Assembly: GCA_049860595.1 (NCBI GenBank) | Contig: CP187551.1 | Length of the DNA stretch: 64,000 bases | Direction: 5' to 3' (one strand) | Source: Methanocaldococcus sp. 16A | GTDB lineage: Archaea > AGJL01 > Methanococci > Methanococcales > Methanocaldococcaceae | In this document: positions 9,404 through 21,167 of the stretch, one piece after another | Position numbering within the stretch: the stretch's first letter is position 1 | How the letters are laid out: every line of letters starts with the position of its first letter | The notes under the pieces: generated by a model | What the model was told of the DNA's origin: nothing | Databases searched by the model: none | The model's input: the letters and a program-made list of their open reading frames with translations, nothing else | Position numbers and translations under genes: made by a program

Positions 9404-10711
9404 CTACAAAAACTCCTTAACTTTCTTAATGAGCATCTTTAATATCTCTCTATCTGGTAAAACTCCATCTGGAGGGTCTATAACCTTCTTTAACTGAATT
9501 GGAACTCCATCCATTCTATAGGCAGTTCCTTCGCATTCTACTCCTGCAATTGCTGGTGGGATAATGATGTTAGCCAACTCTGATGTAGGTGTGTTATGAG
9601 GGTCTATGCAAATTAATGGGATTTCTGCCATTCTTTCAACTGCTTTTTGTGGAAAGTGTGCTCCAGGGTCTGAGGCAATGTTGAGCATAGCATCTGCCTC
9701 TTTTCTAATTAATAAATCTGTTATACTCGTATCTCCTGGATTGAATCTCGGATAGCCTCTTGAAAAATCTACACATAATGGAAAACCAGTAACCCATGTA
9801 CATACTTGATTAAATCCATTTACGTTGTAGTGTCCTCTCATTGGCATTAGTTCAAATTTTGTATAAGCATTTAAATCAATGATTAATTGTATAGCATTAT
9901 CTATATTCCTATGCTTACCTCTTGATTGAGTAACTCCCATACCAAAGAATAAACATCCAAACTGAGCTTTTTTACAAATTTCCATTGCTTCATAGATTAA
10001 ATCTGCTGGAACTCCAGCGACTCTATCTACTTGCAATTCAAATCCTTTTAACACTGCTCTCATTGCACTAACTAATTCATAATCCTTATGCTGTTCAACT
10101 TGCAAGTGTATATCTGCTAATTTTGCAGTATCTGTCTCTCTTGGGTCTACAACAATAACTGTTCTATCTTCTCTTCCTCTTTCTCTGAAAAATCCTCTTG
10201 CAAATACTGAATATCTACTCATATGTCTTGGGTGGGCGTGCATTGGATTGCTACCCCAAAAGATAATTACATCAGCTCTATTTTTAACCTCTCCTAATGT
10301 ACAAACTGGGTATCCTACATCTTGCAATGCCCAAACACTTGGACCGTGGCAAACTTCTGCTGTATTACTAACAACTCCTCTAATCAATTCTGCCAATTCT
10401 ATACCATATACATGTGCATGGCATTCAGTAGCAGAGAATCCATAAATTACAGGTAAATTTGATTCAGCCAATATTCTTGCTGTCTCTTCAATTGCTGTGT
10501 CAATATCAACTTTTTTGAAGTTATCTTTCTTGTTTTCTCTCATTAATGGCTCTCTCCATCTAATTGCCCCTTCAAAATGCATGAACTTAGCATGTCCAAT
10601 TCTACAAGCATTTCTTGTTCCTATAATATGCCCATCATCATCCACTATAACTACAATATCATCACATAATGTTCCACAGAATGGACAGACAACATTTTTT
10701 ATCTCTCTCAT
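9404..10711 (-). CDS. fwdB: Formylmethanofuran dehydrogenase subunit B, cysteine isoform (FwcB-type)
   Basis: VCPFCGTLCDD, AEVCHGPS (Cys at the W/Mo-ligand position), KNRAD, HPRHMSRY and MRGHYNV motifs. Confidence 0.93.
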   Translation of the reverse strand: MREIKNVVCPFCGTLCDDIVVIVDDDGHIIGTRNACRIGHAKFMHFEGAIRWREPLMRENKKDNFKKVDIDTAIEETARILAESNLPVIYGFSATECHAHVYGIELAELIRGVVSNTAEVCHGPSVWALQDVGYPVCTLGEVKNRADVIIFWGSNPMHAHPRHMSRYSVFARGFFRERGREDRTVIVVDPRETDTAKLADIHLQVEQHKDYELVSAMRAVLKGFELQVDRVAGVPADLIYEAMEICKKAQFGCLFFGMGVTQSRGKHRNIDNAIQLIIDLNAYTKFELMPMRGHYNVNGFNQVCTWVTGFPLCVDFSRGYPRFNPGDTSITDLLIRKEADAMLNIASDPGAHFPQKAVERMAEIPLICIDPHNTPTSELANIIIPPAIAGVECEGTAYRMDGVPIQLKKVIDPPDGVLPDREILKMLIKKVKEFL

Positions 10712-10741
10712 CTTTATCACCCTTAAAAAAGATTTAAAAAT

Positions 10742-12706
10742 TTAAGCAGGGTCTTTGAAAGCTCCTTCAATTTGTTTATACAGTTGAATTGTTTTGAAGT
10801 GATTCTGCTCTAAAGCTCCACTTGGACATCCTGCAACGCAAGTTCCACATCCTTTGCATAACGCAGCAATAACCTCACAAACTACTCTGCCATCTTTCTC
10901 AACCAACCTTGGAGCTCCATAAGGGCATTGTTTTACACAAACTCCACAGCCCCCACAGATTTCTTCATTTACTGTTGCAACTATAGGTTCTACTTCAACC
11001 TCCCCCTTAGCTAATGGAATTGCTGCCCTTGCAGCTGCTGCAGAACCTTGTGCAACTGATGCTGGAATATCCTTTGGCCCTTGACAAGCTCCTGCTAAAT
11101 AAACTCCATCTGTTGCTGTATCAACTGGTCTCAATTTTGGGTGTGCCTCCATGAAGAAATTATCCGGAGTTCTTGAAATTCCTAATATTCTTTGGATTTC
11201 ATCTGCTGATTTTGTTGGAACCATTCCTACAGATAAAACAACCAAATCATACTCCTTCTCAATAATTTCTCCTAATAAAGTATCTTCTGCTCTAATAATG
11301 AGATTTTTAGTTTTTGGGTCCTCTAAGATTTGAGCAGGTCTTCCTCTTATGAAGTTAATGCCATATTGCTTTGCACTCCTTTCGTAAAACTCTTCATATC
11401 CTTTGCTAAATGCCCTAATATCCATATAGTAAATATCTATCTCAGTATCTGGAGATTTTTCTTTGATTAATTGAGAGTTTTTCATTGCATACATACAGCA
11501 GACATTGGAGCAGTATTTGTTTCCAACTTTTGCATCTCTTGAACCAACACATTGAATGAATGCAATTCTTTTTGGCTTTTTGCCATCACTTAACCTAATA
11601 ACCTTTCCTCCTGTTGGACCAGAAGCATTAATCATCCTTTCTAATTCAAGAGCTGTTATAACATTATCGTAAATTCCATATCCATACTCTTCCCTAACTG
11701 TTGGGTCAAATACATCATAACCAATAGCACAAATTATTGTACCTACTTCAACCTCAATGTACTCTGGTTTTTGATTAAAGTTTATAGCTTTAGGACCGCA
11801 AACTTTAGCACATAATCCACATTCTATACAGTGCTCTTTGTCAATTGTGTATTTTGATGGAACTGCCTGTGGAAATGGCTTGTAGATAGCTTTTCTCATC
11901 CCTAAGCCCATATCAAATTCATTCGGCACTTCTATTGGGCAAACTTCTGCACACTGTCCACAACCCGTGCATTTTGTCTCATCAATGTATCTTGGCTTTT
12001 TCATAATCGTAACTTTAAAATTCCCTATGTATCCTTGAACATCTACAACCTCTGAGTATGCATAAAGTTTTATGTTAGGATGTTTTGCAACATCAACCAT
12101 CTTTGGAGCTAAGATACAGATAGAGCAATCATTTGTTGGGAAAGTTTTATCTAGTTGAGCCATTCTACCTCCAACAGAAGGAGATTTCTCAACCAATATT
12201 GTTTCAAATCCCATATCTCCCAAATCCAATGCCGCTTGAATTCCTGCTACCCCTCCTCCAATAACCAATGCTCTCTTTGTAACTCCAACTTTAATAAATT
12301 CTAATGGCTCTAACAGCCTTGCTTTTGCAACAGCCATTCTAACTAAATCTTTTGCTTTTTCAGTAGCTTTCTCTTTTTCATGCATATGAACCCATGAACA
12401 ATGTTCCCTTATATTTGCAAACTCAAATAAAAATGGGTTGAGACCAGCTTCAGCAACACATCTTCTAAATGTTGGTTCGTGCAACCTTGGAGAGCAAGCT
12501 GCGACAACAACTCTGTTTAGATTGTATTCTTTAATGTCTCTTTTAATCATCTCTTGCCCAGGATCTGCACACATATACTTATAATCTCTCGCAACAACGA
12601 CATTTTTTAATGTCTTGGCAAATTCAGCAACTTCCTTGCAATCAACTACTCCTCCAATATTTACCCCACAATGGCAAACATAAACACCAATTCTTGGTTC
12701 TTCCAT
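10742..12706 (-). CDS. hdrA: Heterodisulfide reductase subunit A, cysteine isoform
   Basis: [27 protein letters not shown] motif, [16 protein letters not shown] and C-terminal ferredoxin motifs; no in-frame TGA. Confidence 0.96.
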   Translation of the reverse strand: MEEPRIGVYVCHCGVNIGGVVDCKEVAEFAKTLKNVVVARDYKYMCADPGQEMIKRDIKEYNLNRVVVAACSPRLHEPTFRRCVAEAGLNPFLFEFANIREHCSWVHMHEKEKATEKAKDLVRMAVAKARLLEPLEFIKVGVTKRALVIGGGVAGIQAALDLGDMGFETILVEKSPSVGGRMAQLDKTFPTNDCSICILAPKMVDVAKHPNIKLYAYSEVVDVQGYIGNFKVTIMKKPRYIDETKCTGCGQCAEVCPIEVPNEFDMGLGMRKAIYKPFPQAVPSKYTIDKEHCIECGLCAKVCGPKAINFNQKPEYIEVEVGTIICAIGYDVFDPTVREEYGYGIYDNVITALELERMINASGPTGGKVIRLSDGKKPKRIAFIQCVGSRDAKVGNKYCSNVCCMYAMKNSQLIKEKSPDTEIDIYYMDIRAFSKGYEEFYERSAKQYGINFIRGRPAQILEDPKTKNLIIRAEDTLLGEIIEKEYDLVVLSVGMVPTKSADEIQRILGISRTPDNFFMEAHPKLRPVDTATDGVYLAGACQGPKDIPASVAQGSAAAARAAIPLAKGEVEVEPIVATVNEEICGGCGVCVKQCPYGAPRLVEKDGRVVCEVIAALCKGCGTCVAGCPSGALEQNHFKTIQLYKQIEGAFKDPA

Positions 12707-12727
12707 ATTACCACCTTCAATATGGCA

Positions 12728-12743
12728 ATTAGATTTTCTAATA
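12728..12743. promoter_or_regulatory. Candidate operator upstream of hdrA
   Basis: ATTAGATTTTCTAATA is the exact reverse complement of 16999-17014 and lies 22 bp upstream of the hdrA ATG. Confidence 0.6.
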
Positions 12744-12790
12744 GGTTGAAGAATGAAATTATAATGATGAATCTTAATATATTAAAAAAT

Positions 12791-13963
12791 TTATTTCAAC
12801 TCTAAAACTTTCTTTTTTTCGGCTTCAGCGCAGGAGAGACAGAGGAGGCACATTACGCAATAACCTTTTAGAGGCAATTTGCCTCTTGATAATCTTAAGG
12901 TTTTCATTGGGCAGACTTCGACACATTTTCCGCATTTATCACACAAGTATGGGCTAAATTCAATTCTGTTGTATTCCTTACCATTATGCTCTATCTTACC
13001 CAACTTTAAAGCACCAGTTGGGCAAGCTACAGTACATGCTCCACAGACAATACACATTCTAACTTCTTTTTTCTTATCATCTACAACAATCGCTTCAGTT
13101 GGACAGACAGAAGCACATTTCTTCAATACATCGAAATCCTCTTCTACAATAACTAAACCTTCATCAGTTATCGGATGTGGAGAGGCTAATTTAACATCCA
13201 ATTCTAAAGCATCGACTGGACAGATATTTACACATAGCTTACAAGCAGGACATGATTTTGGTGGAACAACAATCATATTTTCCTCATCGACCTTAATCAT
13301 ATCTCCTGGACAGATTTCAACACACTTTAGACAGTAAATACATTTTTCTGCATCAACATCAAATTTCTTAACTTCTTTTCTCCTCTTCTTAGGTATCTTA
13401 CCTGCTACAAAGATGGCATTCCATGGACACGTTTGGGCACAAATACTGCAGTAAATACACTTGCTTTTATCAATAACTGCCTTGTTATCTTCTAAGGTTA
13501 TTGCATCTACAGGACATTCTGGAACACAGATTCCGCAGCCTACACAAGCGTCTGTAACCGCTATAGGTTCTTTTGGAGCTTTAACTTCTTTTTTAGGTTT
13601 GTCTATAATCCCTGGTAAAGAGATAATTTCAATTGGACAAACTTCTATACATTTTTGACATAAAACGCAATGTCCTTTTGAGTAAGGGAAATCATCATCA
13701 ACCTTCTTAATCCCTACAGGACATACCTCCGCACAGGCTCCACACTTCTCACACTTATGAGCTAAGTAATTAACTCTCTTCACAGTTTTTCCTTCAATCT
13801 CTATCTCTTCCTCTACTAACGCCCCTGTCGGGCATACATTGACACACTGCATGCATAATGTACACACATTAAAACTGTCTATATCTATCGCTTTTGTCGG
13901 ACATTCTGCCTGACATGCATAGCACACTAAACACGCTTCTCTCTGGATTGATACTCCACTCAT
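12791..13963 (-). CDS. vhcB: Polyferredoxin of the F420-non-reducing hydrogenase
   Basis: About 12 CxxCxxCxxxCP-type motifs, directly downstream of the hydrogenase large subunit. Confidence 0.9.
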   Translation of the reverse strand: MSGVSIQREACLVCYACQAECPTKAIDIDSFNVCTLCMQCVNVCPTGALVEEEIEIEGKTVKRVNYLAHKCEKCGACAEVCPVGIKKVDDDFPYSKGHCVLCQKCIEVCPIEIISLPGIIDKPKKEVKAPKEPIAVTDACVGCGICVPECPVDAITLEDNKAVIDKSKCIYCSICAQTCPWNAIFVAGKIPKKRRKEVKKFDVDAEKCIYCLKCVEICPGDMIKVDEENMIVVPPKSCPACKLCVNICPVDALELDVKLASPHPITDEGLVIVEEDFDVLKKCASVCPTEAIVVDDKKKEVRMCIVCGACTVACPTGALKLGKIEHNGKEYNRIEFSPYLCDKCGKCVEVCPMKTLRLSRGKLPLKGYCVMCLLCLSCAEAEKKKVLELK

Positions 13964-13964
13964 A

Positions 13965-15383
13965 TTATCCCACTATTTTCTTTAATAATCTACTTCCTTG
14001 GAAGATTTCTAATGATAATTTGCTTTCACCGCCAATTATGTGGGTTGCACATGATAAGCATGGGTCGTAAGCTCTAATTACCATTTCCATATAGTTTAAA
14101 ACTTGGGAAGTAGCATCTTCAGGTCTTCCAATGTATTTTTCAGCAACTTTTCTAACACCAATATCCATAGCAGGGTTGTTTTGAACTGTCGCAACTATTA
14201 GGTTTGCATCAGTTATAATTCCATCTTCATTTGTCTTGAAGTGGTGAATTAAAGTGCCTCTTGGTGCTTCTACACATCCCACACCTTCTCCAACAATATC
14301 CTCTGGTTCTGCTCTAATGTCAGTATCCACAATCTTATCATTCTCTAAAAGCTCTTTTACTTTTTCAGAACTTGATAAAAGCTCTATTAACCTTGCATAG
14401 TGGAAGAGCATTGGATAATGGCATGGCTTTCCAAATTCTTTAATGAATTCTTCATAATACTTTTGTGCTAATGGTGTAGCCATTTTATCTGCAACATTTA
14501 GTCTTGATAAGGTATTTACTCTATATATTCCCTCTTCTGGGCCTTTATCTTTTAAGTATGGGAATTTTAAATAAGAGTAGGGTTTAACTCCCTCAGCTAT
14601 ATAATTTAGATACTCTGATGGATGAAATTCATACTCAACTTTTCCCTCTGCATTTACAACTCTCAATTTTCCATCGTAGAGTTCATGAACTCCATCATTC
14701 ACCATTCCCATATGGTAGGATTCAAAATATCCAATATCTAACAAATCATTTTCTTTTAAGTTTTCAATAAGTTTTTTTCCAATTTCAATGGATTTTTCAG
14801 AAAGTTCAATCGCTCTTTCTGAGAGTTTTAATAGTTCATCCCTCTCTTCTTCTTTTAACGGTTTTGACTGACCTCCAACAACTGCTGTAACTGGGTGGAT
14901 TGCCCTACCTCCAACAACTTTAACAATTGTCTGCCCTATTTTTCTCAACTCTATTGCATCTTTAACAATTTCCTTATTTTCCTTAGAAATTGTCAAGATG
15001 TTTCTTTTTAAAATATCATCTGTTGTTGGGAACATTAAATCAGGAGAAGCTAAGAAATAAAAGTGTAGAGCATGACTGTGGATTGTTGCCCCTTGATGCA
15101 TTAAATTTCTTAAAAGTTCAGCAGTTTCAGGAATTTTTACACCAAAAACTTCATCAACAGCCTTAGCACTTGCTAAATGGTGAGCTACTTGGCAAATTCC
15201 ACATATTCTTGGAGTGTAGATTGGTGCATCCTCTATATATCTCCCTTCCAAAAATTTTTCAAATCCCCTTACTTCAACAACATGAAAATGAACTTTATCT
15301 AAATTCCCATTCTCATCAAAGGATATTGTTATTTTTCCATGCCCTTCGACTCTTGTTACTGGTTCAACTGACAATTTTACCAT
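13965..15383 (-). CDS. vhcA: F420-non-reducing [NiFe] hydrogenase large subunit, cysteine isoform
   Basis: RVEGH, RGFE, RICGIC and C-terminal [12 protein letters not shown] in a single polypeptide, not split into VhuA+VhuU and with no Sec. Confidence 0.93.
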   Translation of the reverse strand: MVKLSVEPVTRVEGHGKITISFDENGNLDKVHFHVVEVRGFEKFLEGRYIEDAPIYTPRICGICQVAHHLASAKAVDEVFGVKIPETAELLRNLMHQGATIHSHALHFYFLASPDLMFPTTDDILKRNILTISKENKEIVKDAIELRKIGQTIVKVVGGRAIHPVTAVVGGQSKPLKEEERDELLKLSERAIELSEKSIEIGKKLIENLKENDLLDIGYFESYHMGMVNDGVHELYDGKLRVVNAEGKVEYEFHPSEYLNYIAEGVKPYSYLKFPYLKDKGPEEGIYRVNTLSRLNVADKMATPLAQKYYEEFIKEFGKPCHYPMLFHYARLIELLSSSEKVKELLENDKIVDTDIRAEPEDIVGEGVGCVEAPRGTLIHHFKTNEDGIITDANLIVATVQNNPAMDIGVRKVAEKYIGRPEDATSQVLNYMEMVIRAYDPCLSCATHIIGGESKLSLEIFQGSRLLKKIVG

Positions 15384-15396
15384 CTTACCACCTAAA

Positions 15397-16302
15397 TTAT
15401 CTTAATTTTCCAGGAATTAAAGCACTTGGAAGAGTAAATTTGTAAAAACTACCAATTTTATCTTTTATTGATTTTGGCAATGTAGTTGGGTCTGTTTCTC
15501 TATCTTTATCAATTCCAAAGTCTGAGCATAAGGCGGAAATCATCTTAGCCCCTTGGTCAATAACAGCATCTGTTTTACCATAACAACCGCTACATGGAAC
15601 TCCAACTTTTGGGCATATAGCTCCACAACCAGCTCTTGTTGCAACACCTAAACAAAGATAACCCTGTTCTAAAAGACATATCTCTGGGTCTACTTTCCCT
15701 TCATATTTTCTTTTTATTGTTTCAATTACAACACCATCACTACTTTTTTTCCTTGGACACTCATCACATAAGTTTTTCTTTGGCAATTCTGGTTTTTTAC
15801 CTTCTAATAATGCTTTAAATACCTTGGCTATAATTTCTGGATTTGGTGGGCATCCAGGGATGAAATAATCAACATCTATAACTTCAGAGAGCGGTTTAAC
15901 TCTTGAAGTTAATTGAGGAACTTCTTCACTTGGGATAATGCCTTCATCATTCTTTGTTGATAGAGTTGTTTTATACACCTTCTCCAAGATTTCGTCTTTT
16001 GAATATAGGTTTCCTAAACCAGGAACTCCCCCATAAACAGCACAAGTTCCAAAAGCAATAACTATTTTTGCCTTTTCTCTCATTTCTTTTGCAATTTCTA
16101 AGTTCTCTTCATTTCTTATTCCACCTTCAATTAATGCGATATCAATCTCATCCGGAATTTCCTTAACATCCATTAACACTGGGCAATGAATGAGCTCAAC
16201 ATTCTCTAACAAGTTTAAAAGCTCTTCATGTAAATCTAACAAGCTTATATGGCATCCAGAGCAACAGCAAAGCCAAGTAGTTGCTATTTTCACTACAATC
16301 AC
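15397..16302 (-). CDS. vhcG: F420-non-reducing [NiFe] hydrogenase small subunit
   Basis: CSGC, FGTCA, PGCPP, LCDECPR, CLG and CSGCYG motifs. Confidence 0.92.
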   Translation of the reverse strand: MIVVKIATTWLCCCSGCHISLLDLHEELLNLLENVELIHCPVLMDVKEIPDEIDIALIEGGIRNEENLEIAKEMREKAKIVIAFGTCAVYGGVPGLGNLYSKDEILEKVYKTTLSTKNDEGIIPSEEVPQLTSRVKPLSEVIDVDYFIPGCPPNPEIIAKVFKALLEGKKPELPKKNLCDECPRKKSSDGVVIETIKRKYEGKVDPEICLLEQGYLCLGVATRAGCGAICPKVGVPCSGCYGKTDAVIDQGAKMISALCSDFGIDKDRETDPTTLPKSIKDKIGSFYKFTLPSALIPGKLR

Positions 16303-16722
16303 CTATTCTTTTAATTTTTCATTTAATTTTAATGGACCGAGAGATTTTATTGTATTGTAGAATTCAATCATTGTTTGCTGGAATTTTTCTCCCTCTGATG
16401 CTGAAATCCATTCAAATCTAAATCTCTCTGGCTCAATTCCAAACTCTGGAAGTAATTCTTTTAAGAAAATAGATCTTCTTTGCCATTTGTAGTTTCCAGC
16501 ATCATAGTGGCAATCTCCTAAGTGGCAACCTCCAACAAAAACACCATCTGCCCCCTCTTTAAAAGCCTTTAAAACAAGAGATGGCTCAATTCTTCCAGAG
16601 CACATCACTCTAATTATCCTTATACTTGGAGGATACTGCATTCTACCAACTCCAGCAGTATCTGCCCCTCCATATGTGCACCAGTTACAACAAAAGCCTA
16701 TAATTTTTGGCTCCCACTCCAT
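16303..16722 (-). CDS. vhcD: MvhD-family [2Fe-2S] subunit, cysteine isoform
   Basis: [37 protein letters not shown] and WISASEG. Likely start is ATG at 16722 after a GGTGA RBS. Confidence 0.93.
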   Translation of the reverse strand: MEWEPKIIGFCCNWCTYGGADTAGVGRMQYPPSIRIIRVMCSGRIEPSLVLKAFKEGADGVFVGGCHLGDCHYDAGNYKWQRRSIFLKELLPEFGIEPERFRFEWISASEGEKFQQTMIEFYNTIKSLGPLKLNEKLKE

Positions 16723-16731
16723 CCTCTCACC

Positions 16732-16747
16732 TATTAGAAAAATTAAT
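16732..16747. promoter_or_regulatory. Candidate operator abutting the vhcD RBS
   Basis: TATTAGAAAAATTAAT matches 16999-17014 at 14/16 and is an exact inverted match to 4305-4320. Confidence 0.55.
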
Positions 16748-16998
16748 ATGTATATTACTTTTTTCAATATTTGCTTAAAACATAACCAATATTTAAAAAA
16801 TACTATTGAAATCAAATAGAAAATTTTATATATGATATTATACTATTTAATATTGTTAATTTACATATATAAATTTTATACCATCACATTTTCTAATAAT
16901 TACTAAGACATCAAGAAAATTGAAGGTAAAATTTTTAATATTGGCAATATAGTTTTTTAGTAAAAATTTTCAAAAATTTGGACAAAATATATACAATA

Positions 16999-17014
16999 TA
17001 TTAGAAAATCTAAT
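16999..17014. promoter_or_regulatory. Candidate operator upstream of the double-cubane reductase gene
   Basis: TATTAGAAAATCTAAT (TTAG-N5-CTAA, a T-N11-A dyad). Another 14/16 copy lies at 16883-16898. Confidence 0.6.
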
Positions 17015-17044
17015 GACTAAATAGATATTAGATTTGGTGATATA

Positions 17045-18163
17045 ATGCAACTAAAGGCAATAGAAAAATTAATGCAAAAATTTTCTAATAGAAAAGAACA
17101 ACTCTATAAGCAAAAAGAAGAAGGGAGAAAAGTTTTTGGAATGTTCTGTGCTTATGTTCCAATAGAAATAATTTTAGCAGCAAATGCAATTCCTGTTGGT
17201 TTATGTGGAGGTAAAAATGACACAATCCCAATAGCAGAGGAGGATTTACCAAGAAATCTCTGCCCATTAATAAAATCATCCTATGGATTTAAGAAGGCAA
17301 AATCATGTCCTTACTTTGAAGCATCAGATATTGTTATTGGTGAAACTACTTGTGAAGGGAAGAAAAAGATGTTTGAATTAATGGAAAGGCTCGTTCCTAT
17401 GCATATAATGCATCTTCCACATATGAAAGATGAAGAATCTTTAAAAATCTGGATTAATGAAGTTGAAAAGTTAAAAGAGTTGGTTGAAAAAGAAACAGGG
17501 AATGAAATAACTGAAGAGAAATTAAAAGAAGCTATAGATAAAGTAAATAAACTTAGAGAGTTATTCTATAAGCTTTATGAATTAAGAAAAAATAAACCAG
17601 TCCCAATTAAAGGATTAGATGTTTTAAAAATATTCCAATTTGCTTACTTATTAGATATTGATGACACAATAGAAGTTTTAGAAGATTTAATTAAAGAGTT
17701 AGAAGAGAGAGCTAAGAAAGGAGAAGGTTTTGAAGGAAAGAGAATCCTAATAACTGGCTGTCCTATGGTTGCTGGAAACACTAAAATTGTTGAACTCATT
17801 GAAGAAGTTGGTGGAGTTGTGGTTGGTGAAGAAAGCTGTACTGGAACAAGATTCTTTGAAAACTTTGTTGAAGGTTATAGTATAAAAGATATAGCAAAAA
17901 GATACTTCAAAATACCTTGTGCTTGTAGATATAAGAATAATGAGAGAATAGAGAATATAAAAAGATTGGCTAAAGAGTTGGATGTTGATGGGGTTGTTTA
18001 TTACACATTACAGTGCTGTCACACATTCAATATTGAAGGAACTAAAGTAGAAGAGGCATTAAAAGAGGAAGGCATTCCAATTATTAGAATTGAAACTGAT
18101 TACTCTGAAAGTGATAGAGAGCAGTTAAAAACCAGGTTGGAGGCATTTATTGAGATGATTTAA
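17045..18163 (+). CDS. Double-cubane cluster protein (DCCP)-like reductase, 2-hydroxyacyl-CoA dehydratase family
   Basis: [50 protein letters not shown] and IETDYS...TRLEAF motifs; resembles MJ0007. Confidence 0.85.
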   Translation: MQLKAIEKLMQKFSNRKEQLYKQKEEGRKVFGMFCAYVPIEIILAANAIPVGLCGGKNDTIPIAEEDLPRNLCPLIKSSYGFKKAKSCPYFEASDIVIGETTCEGKKKMFELMERLVPMHIMHLPHMKDEESLKIWINEVEKLKELVEKETGNEITEEKLKEAIDKVNKLRELFYKLYELRKNKPVPIKGLDVLKIFQFAYLLDIDDTIEVLEDLIKELEERAKKGEGFEGKRILITGCPMVAGNTKIVELIEEVGGVVVGEESCTGTRFFENFVEGYSIKDIAKRYFKIPCACRYKNNERIENIKRLAKELDVDGVVYYTLQCCHTFNIEGTKVEEALKEEGIPIIRIETDYSESDREQLKTRLEAFIEMI

Positions 18164-18225
18164 AATAAAAATCCTTTAATTTTCTATTTTTAATTTCCAA
18201 CTGGCAAGTTTCTATATCATAAGAT

Positions 18226-18241
18226 ATTAGATTTCTTAATA
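18226..18241. promoter_or_regulatory. Candidate operator upstream of the TIM-barrel/PP-loop/iPGM genes
   Basis: ATTAGATTTCTTAATA matches 12728-12743 at 14/16. Confidence 0.45.
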
Positions 18242-18288
18242 TCCAATTTTATATATCTTAATTACATTAATACATTTTTTGTGAGAAC

Positions 18289-18936
18289 ATGATAGGAATT
18301 TGCATGCGCTCCGAGAAAGAATATACTTTTAATAATAAATTGGTGGATTGGGGTTTACATTATAATCCAAAAATAGTTAAAAAAAATAATATTATAGGCT
18401 ATCATGCACCAATTTTAAATTTGGATGAAAAAGAGAGTGTTTTTATTTTAAAAAATATAATTGAAAATATTAAAGGAAGAGATTATTTAACAATCCACCT
18501 ACATAATGGAAAAAATAAAGATATTGATAAAGAACTTTTAATTGAAAATCTATCAATAGTTAATGAATTTGCACAAAAAAATAATGTAAAATTATGCATA
18601 GAAAATTTAAGAGAAGGTTTTTCATCTAATCCAAACAATATAACTGAGATAGCAGATGAAATTAACTGCTTTATAACATTTGATATTGGACATATCCCAT
18701 ACAACAAACGATTAGAATTTTTAGACATTTGCTCTGATAGAATTTACAACTCCCACGTTTATGAGATTGAAATGAATGGAAAACATCTACCTCCTAAAAA
18801 TCTTAACAATTTAAAACCAATATTAGATGCTCTCTTAGACGTTAAATGTAAAATGTTTTTAATTGAATTAATGGATATTAATGAGATTTTAAGTACTGAA
18901 AAGATGATAAAAGAATACTTAGAAACTTATAAATAA
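18289..18936 (+). CDS. Xylose isomerase/AP endonuclease 2-like metal TIM-barrel protein
   Basis: TIHLH, CIENL, TFDIGH, SHVYE and HLPP motifs. Confidence 0.75.
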   Translation: MIGICMRSEKEYTFNNKLVDWGLHYNPKIVKKNNIIGYHAPILNLDEKESVFILKNIIENIKGRDYLTIHLHNGKNKDIDKELLIENLSIVNEFAQKNNVKLCIENLREGFSSNPNNITEIADEINCFITFDIGHIPYNKRLEFLDICSDRIYNSHVYEIEMNGKHLPPKNLNNLKPILDALLDVKCKMFLIELMDINEILSTEKMIKEYLETYK

Positions 18937-18968
18937 ATTCAAAAGCTAAGGATAAAGGTGGATAAGTT

Positions 18969-19799
18969 ATGTTATTTCATCAAAACCTCCAAAATTTTAT
19001 TGATTTTAAGAAATCTTTTAAAGAGCTAACGCTATCTGATGAAACATTTAAAATAATTGAAGAAAATGGTATAAAGTTAAAAGATATTGCCATAGGAGAA
19101 TTTTCAGGTAGAGATAGTGTAGCAGCAATAATTAAAGCTATGGATGAAGGTATCGATTTCGTTTTGCCAGTTGTTGCATTTACTGGAACTGATTATGGAA
19201 ATATAAACATTTTTTACAAAAACTGGGAAATTACAAATAAAAGAGTTAAAGAAATTGATAGAGATAAAGTTTTATTGCCATTACATTTTATGTTCGAACC
19301 AAAACTTTGGAATGCATTAAATGGAAGATGGGCAGTTTTACTTTCAAAAAAATATAACTATTACAGCCCATGTATTGGATGCCATGCATATTTGAGGATA
19401 TTGAGAATCCCTTTGACTAAGCATTTAGGAAATAAAATAATCAGTGGGGAGAGGGTTTATCATAACGGAGATTTTAAAATCGACCAAATAGAAGAAGTTT
19501 TAGATGTTTATAGTAAAATTTGTAGAGAATTTGATGTTGAGCTAATTTTGCCTATAAGATACATAAAAGAGGGAAAGAAAATCAAAGAAATTATAGGAGA
19601 TGAATGGGAACAAGGACAAAATCAATTTTCATGTGTTTTTAGTGGAAATTATAGAGATAAAGACGGAAAAGTAATTTTTGAGAAAGATAGCATTTTAAAG
19701 TTATTAAATGAGTTTATATATCCTGCATCAATTGAGATTTTAAAAGAAGGATACAGAGGGAATTTTAATTATCAGAATATTGTAAAAAAGTTCCTTTAG
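18969..19799 (+). CDS. PP-loop (adenine nucleotide alpha-hydrolase-like) protein with CxxC
   Basis: GEFSGRDS resembles the SGGxDS PP-loop; PCIGCH, SGER, LPIR and a distal SCVF. Confidence 0.6.
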   Translation: MLFHQNLQNFIDFKKSFKELTLSDETFKIIEENGIKLKDIAIGEFSGRDSVAAIIKAMDEGIDFVLPVVAFTGTDYGNINIFYKNWEITNKRVKEIDRDKVLLPLHFMFEPKLWNALNGRWAVLLSKKYNYYSPCIGCHAYLRILRIPLTKHLGNKIISGERVYHNGDFKIDQIEEVLDVYSKICREFDVELILPIRYIKEGKKIKEIIGDEWEQGQNQFSCVFSGNYRDKDGKVIFEKDSILKLLNEFIYPASIEILKEGYRGNFNYQNIVKKFL

Positions 19800-19806
19800 T
19801 GAGAAA

Positions 19807-21093
19807 ATGAGGGCTATTTTAATATTATTAGATGGTTTAGGAGACAGGGGTTGTGAGATTTTAGATAACAAAACACCATTACAATTTGCAAAAACACCAA
19901 ACTTAGATAAATTGGCTGAAAATGGCATGTGCGGTTTAATGACAACATATAAAGAAGGAATTCCCTTAGGAACTGAAGTTGCCCATTTTTTACTTTGGGG
20001 TTATTCCTTAGAAGAATTTCCGGGAAGAGGAGTTATTGAGGCATTAGGAGAGGATATAGAAATAGAGGAAAATGCCATATATTTGAGGGCTTCTTTAGGA
20101 TTCGTAAAAAAGGATGAGAAAGGATTTTTAGTTGTAGATAGAAGAGCTAAAGATATCAGCAGAGAAGAAATTGAGAATTTAATAAATTCTTTACCTACAT
20201 GCATAGATGGATATAAGTTTGAGCTATTCTATTCTTTTGATGTCCATTTTATATTAAAAATTAAAGAAAAAAATGGATGGATTTCAGATAAAATCTCTGA
20301 TTCTGACCCATTCTATAAAAATAGATATGTTATGAAAGTTCAACCAATAAAAGAGTTATGCAAAAGTAGTGTAGAATATAACAAAGCAAAAGACACTGCA
20401 AGGGCTTTAAACAAATATCTTTTAAATGTTTATAAAACCCTACAAAATCATAAAATAAATAGAAAAAGAAGAAAAATGGAAAAAATGCCTGCTAATTTTT
20501 TATTAACAAAATGGGCATCAAGATATAAAAAGGTAGAGAGTTTTAAAGAAAGATGGGGTATGAATGCTGTAGTTTTAGGTAGTAGTTCATTATTTAAAGG
20601 ATTAGCAAAATTCTTAGGAATGGATTTTATAAAGATTGAAAGTTTTGAGGAAGGAATAAATTTAATTCCTGAGCTAAATTATGATTTCATTCACTTGCAT
20701 ACAAAAGAAACTGATGAGGCTGCCCACACAAAAAATCCCTTAAATAAAGTAAAAGTTATTGAAAAGATTGATAAACTTATAGGCAATTTAAAATTAAATG
20801 ATGATGATTTACTTATAATAACTGCAGACCACTCAACACCTTCTGTTGGAGATTTAATTCATTCTGGTGAAAGTGTTCCAATAATATTTTATGGAAAAAA
20901 CGTTAGAATCGATAATGTTAAAGAATTTAATGAAATAGCCTGCTCAAATGGACATTTAAGAATAAAAGGTGAAGAATTAATGCCTCTAATTTTAAACTAT
21001 ACAAATAGGGCACTATTATATGGTTTAAGAGCTGGAAATAGGTTAAGATACTATATTCCAAAGGATGATGACATAGAACTTTTGCAGGACTAA
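19807..21093 (+). CDS. apgM: Cofactor-independent phosphoglycerate mutase (archaeal type)
   Basis: LLDGLGD, TPLQ.A.TPNLD, GTEVAH, ETDEAAH, TADHSTP and HSGESVP motifs; resembles MJ0010. Confidence 0.85.
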   Translation: MRAILILLDGLGDRGCEILDNKTPLQFAKTPNLDKLAENGMCGLMTTYKEGIPLGTEVAHFLLWGYSLEEFPGRGVIEALGEDIEIEENAIYLRASLGFVKKDEKGFLVVDRRAKDISREEIENLINSLPTCIDGYKFELFYSFDVHFILKIKEKNGWISDKISDSDPFYKNRYVMKVQPIKELCKSSVEYNKAKDTARALNKYLLNVYKTLQNHKINRKRRKMEKMPANFLLTKWASRYKKVESFKERWGMNAVVLGSSSLFKGLAKFLGMDFIKIESFEEGINLIPELNYDFIHLHTKETDEAAHTKNPLNKVKVIEKIDKLIGNLKLNDDDLLIITADHSTPSVGDLIHSGESVPIIFYGKNVRIDNVKEFNEIACSNGHLRIKGEELMPLILNYTNRALLYGLRAGNRLRYYIPKDDDIELLQD

Positions 21094-21167
21094 GTTTTTT
21101 GAATGGTATCCAATTTCTAAAATATTTAATTATAAAAGTCATATGATTGAGCTGTTGGAGGGATAAT

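Noticed and set aside
17014-17020. TGACTAA heptamer, recalled as a negative element in the M. voltae frc/vhc intergenic region
   Set aside because: Only one copy, a 7-mer is likely by chance, and my recollection of the exact sequence is unverified.
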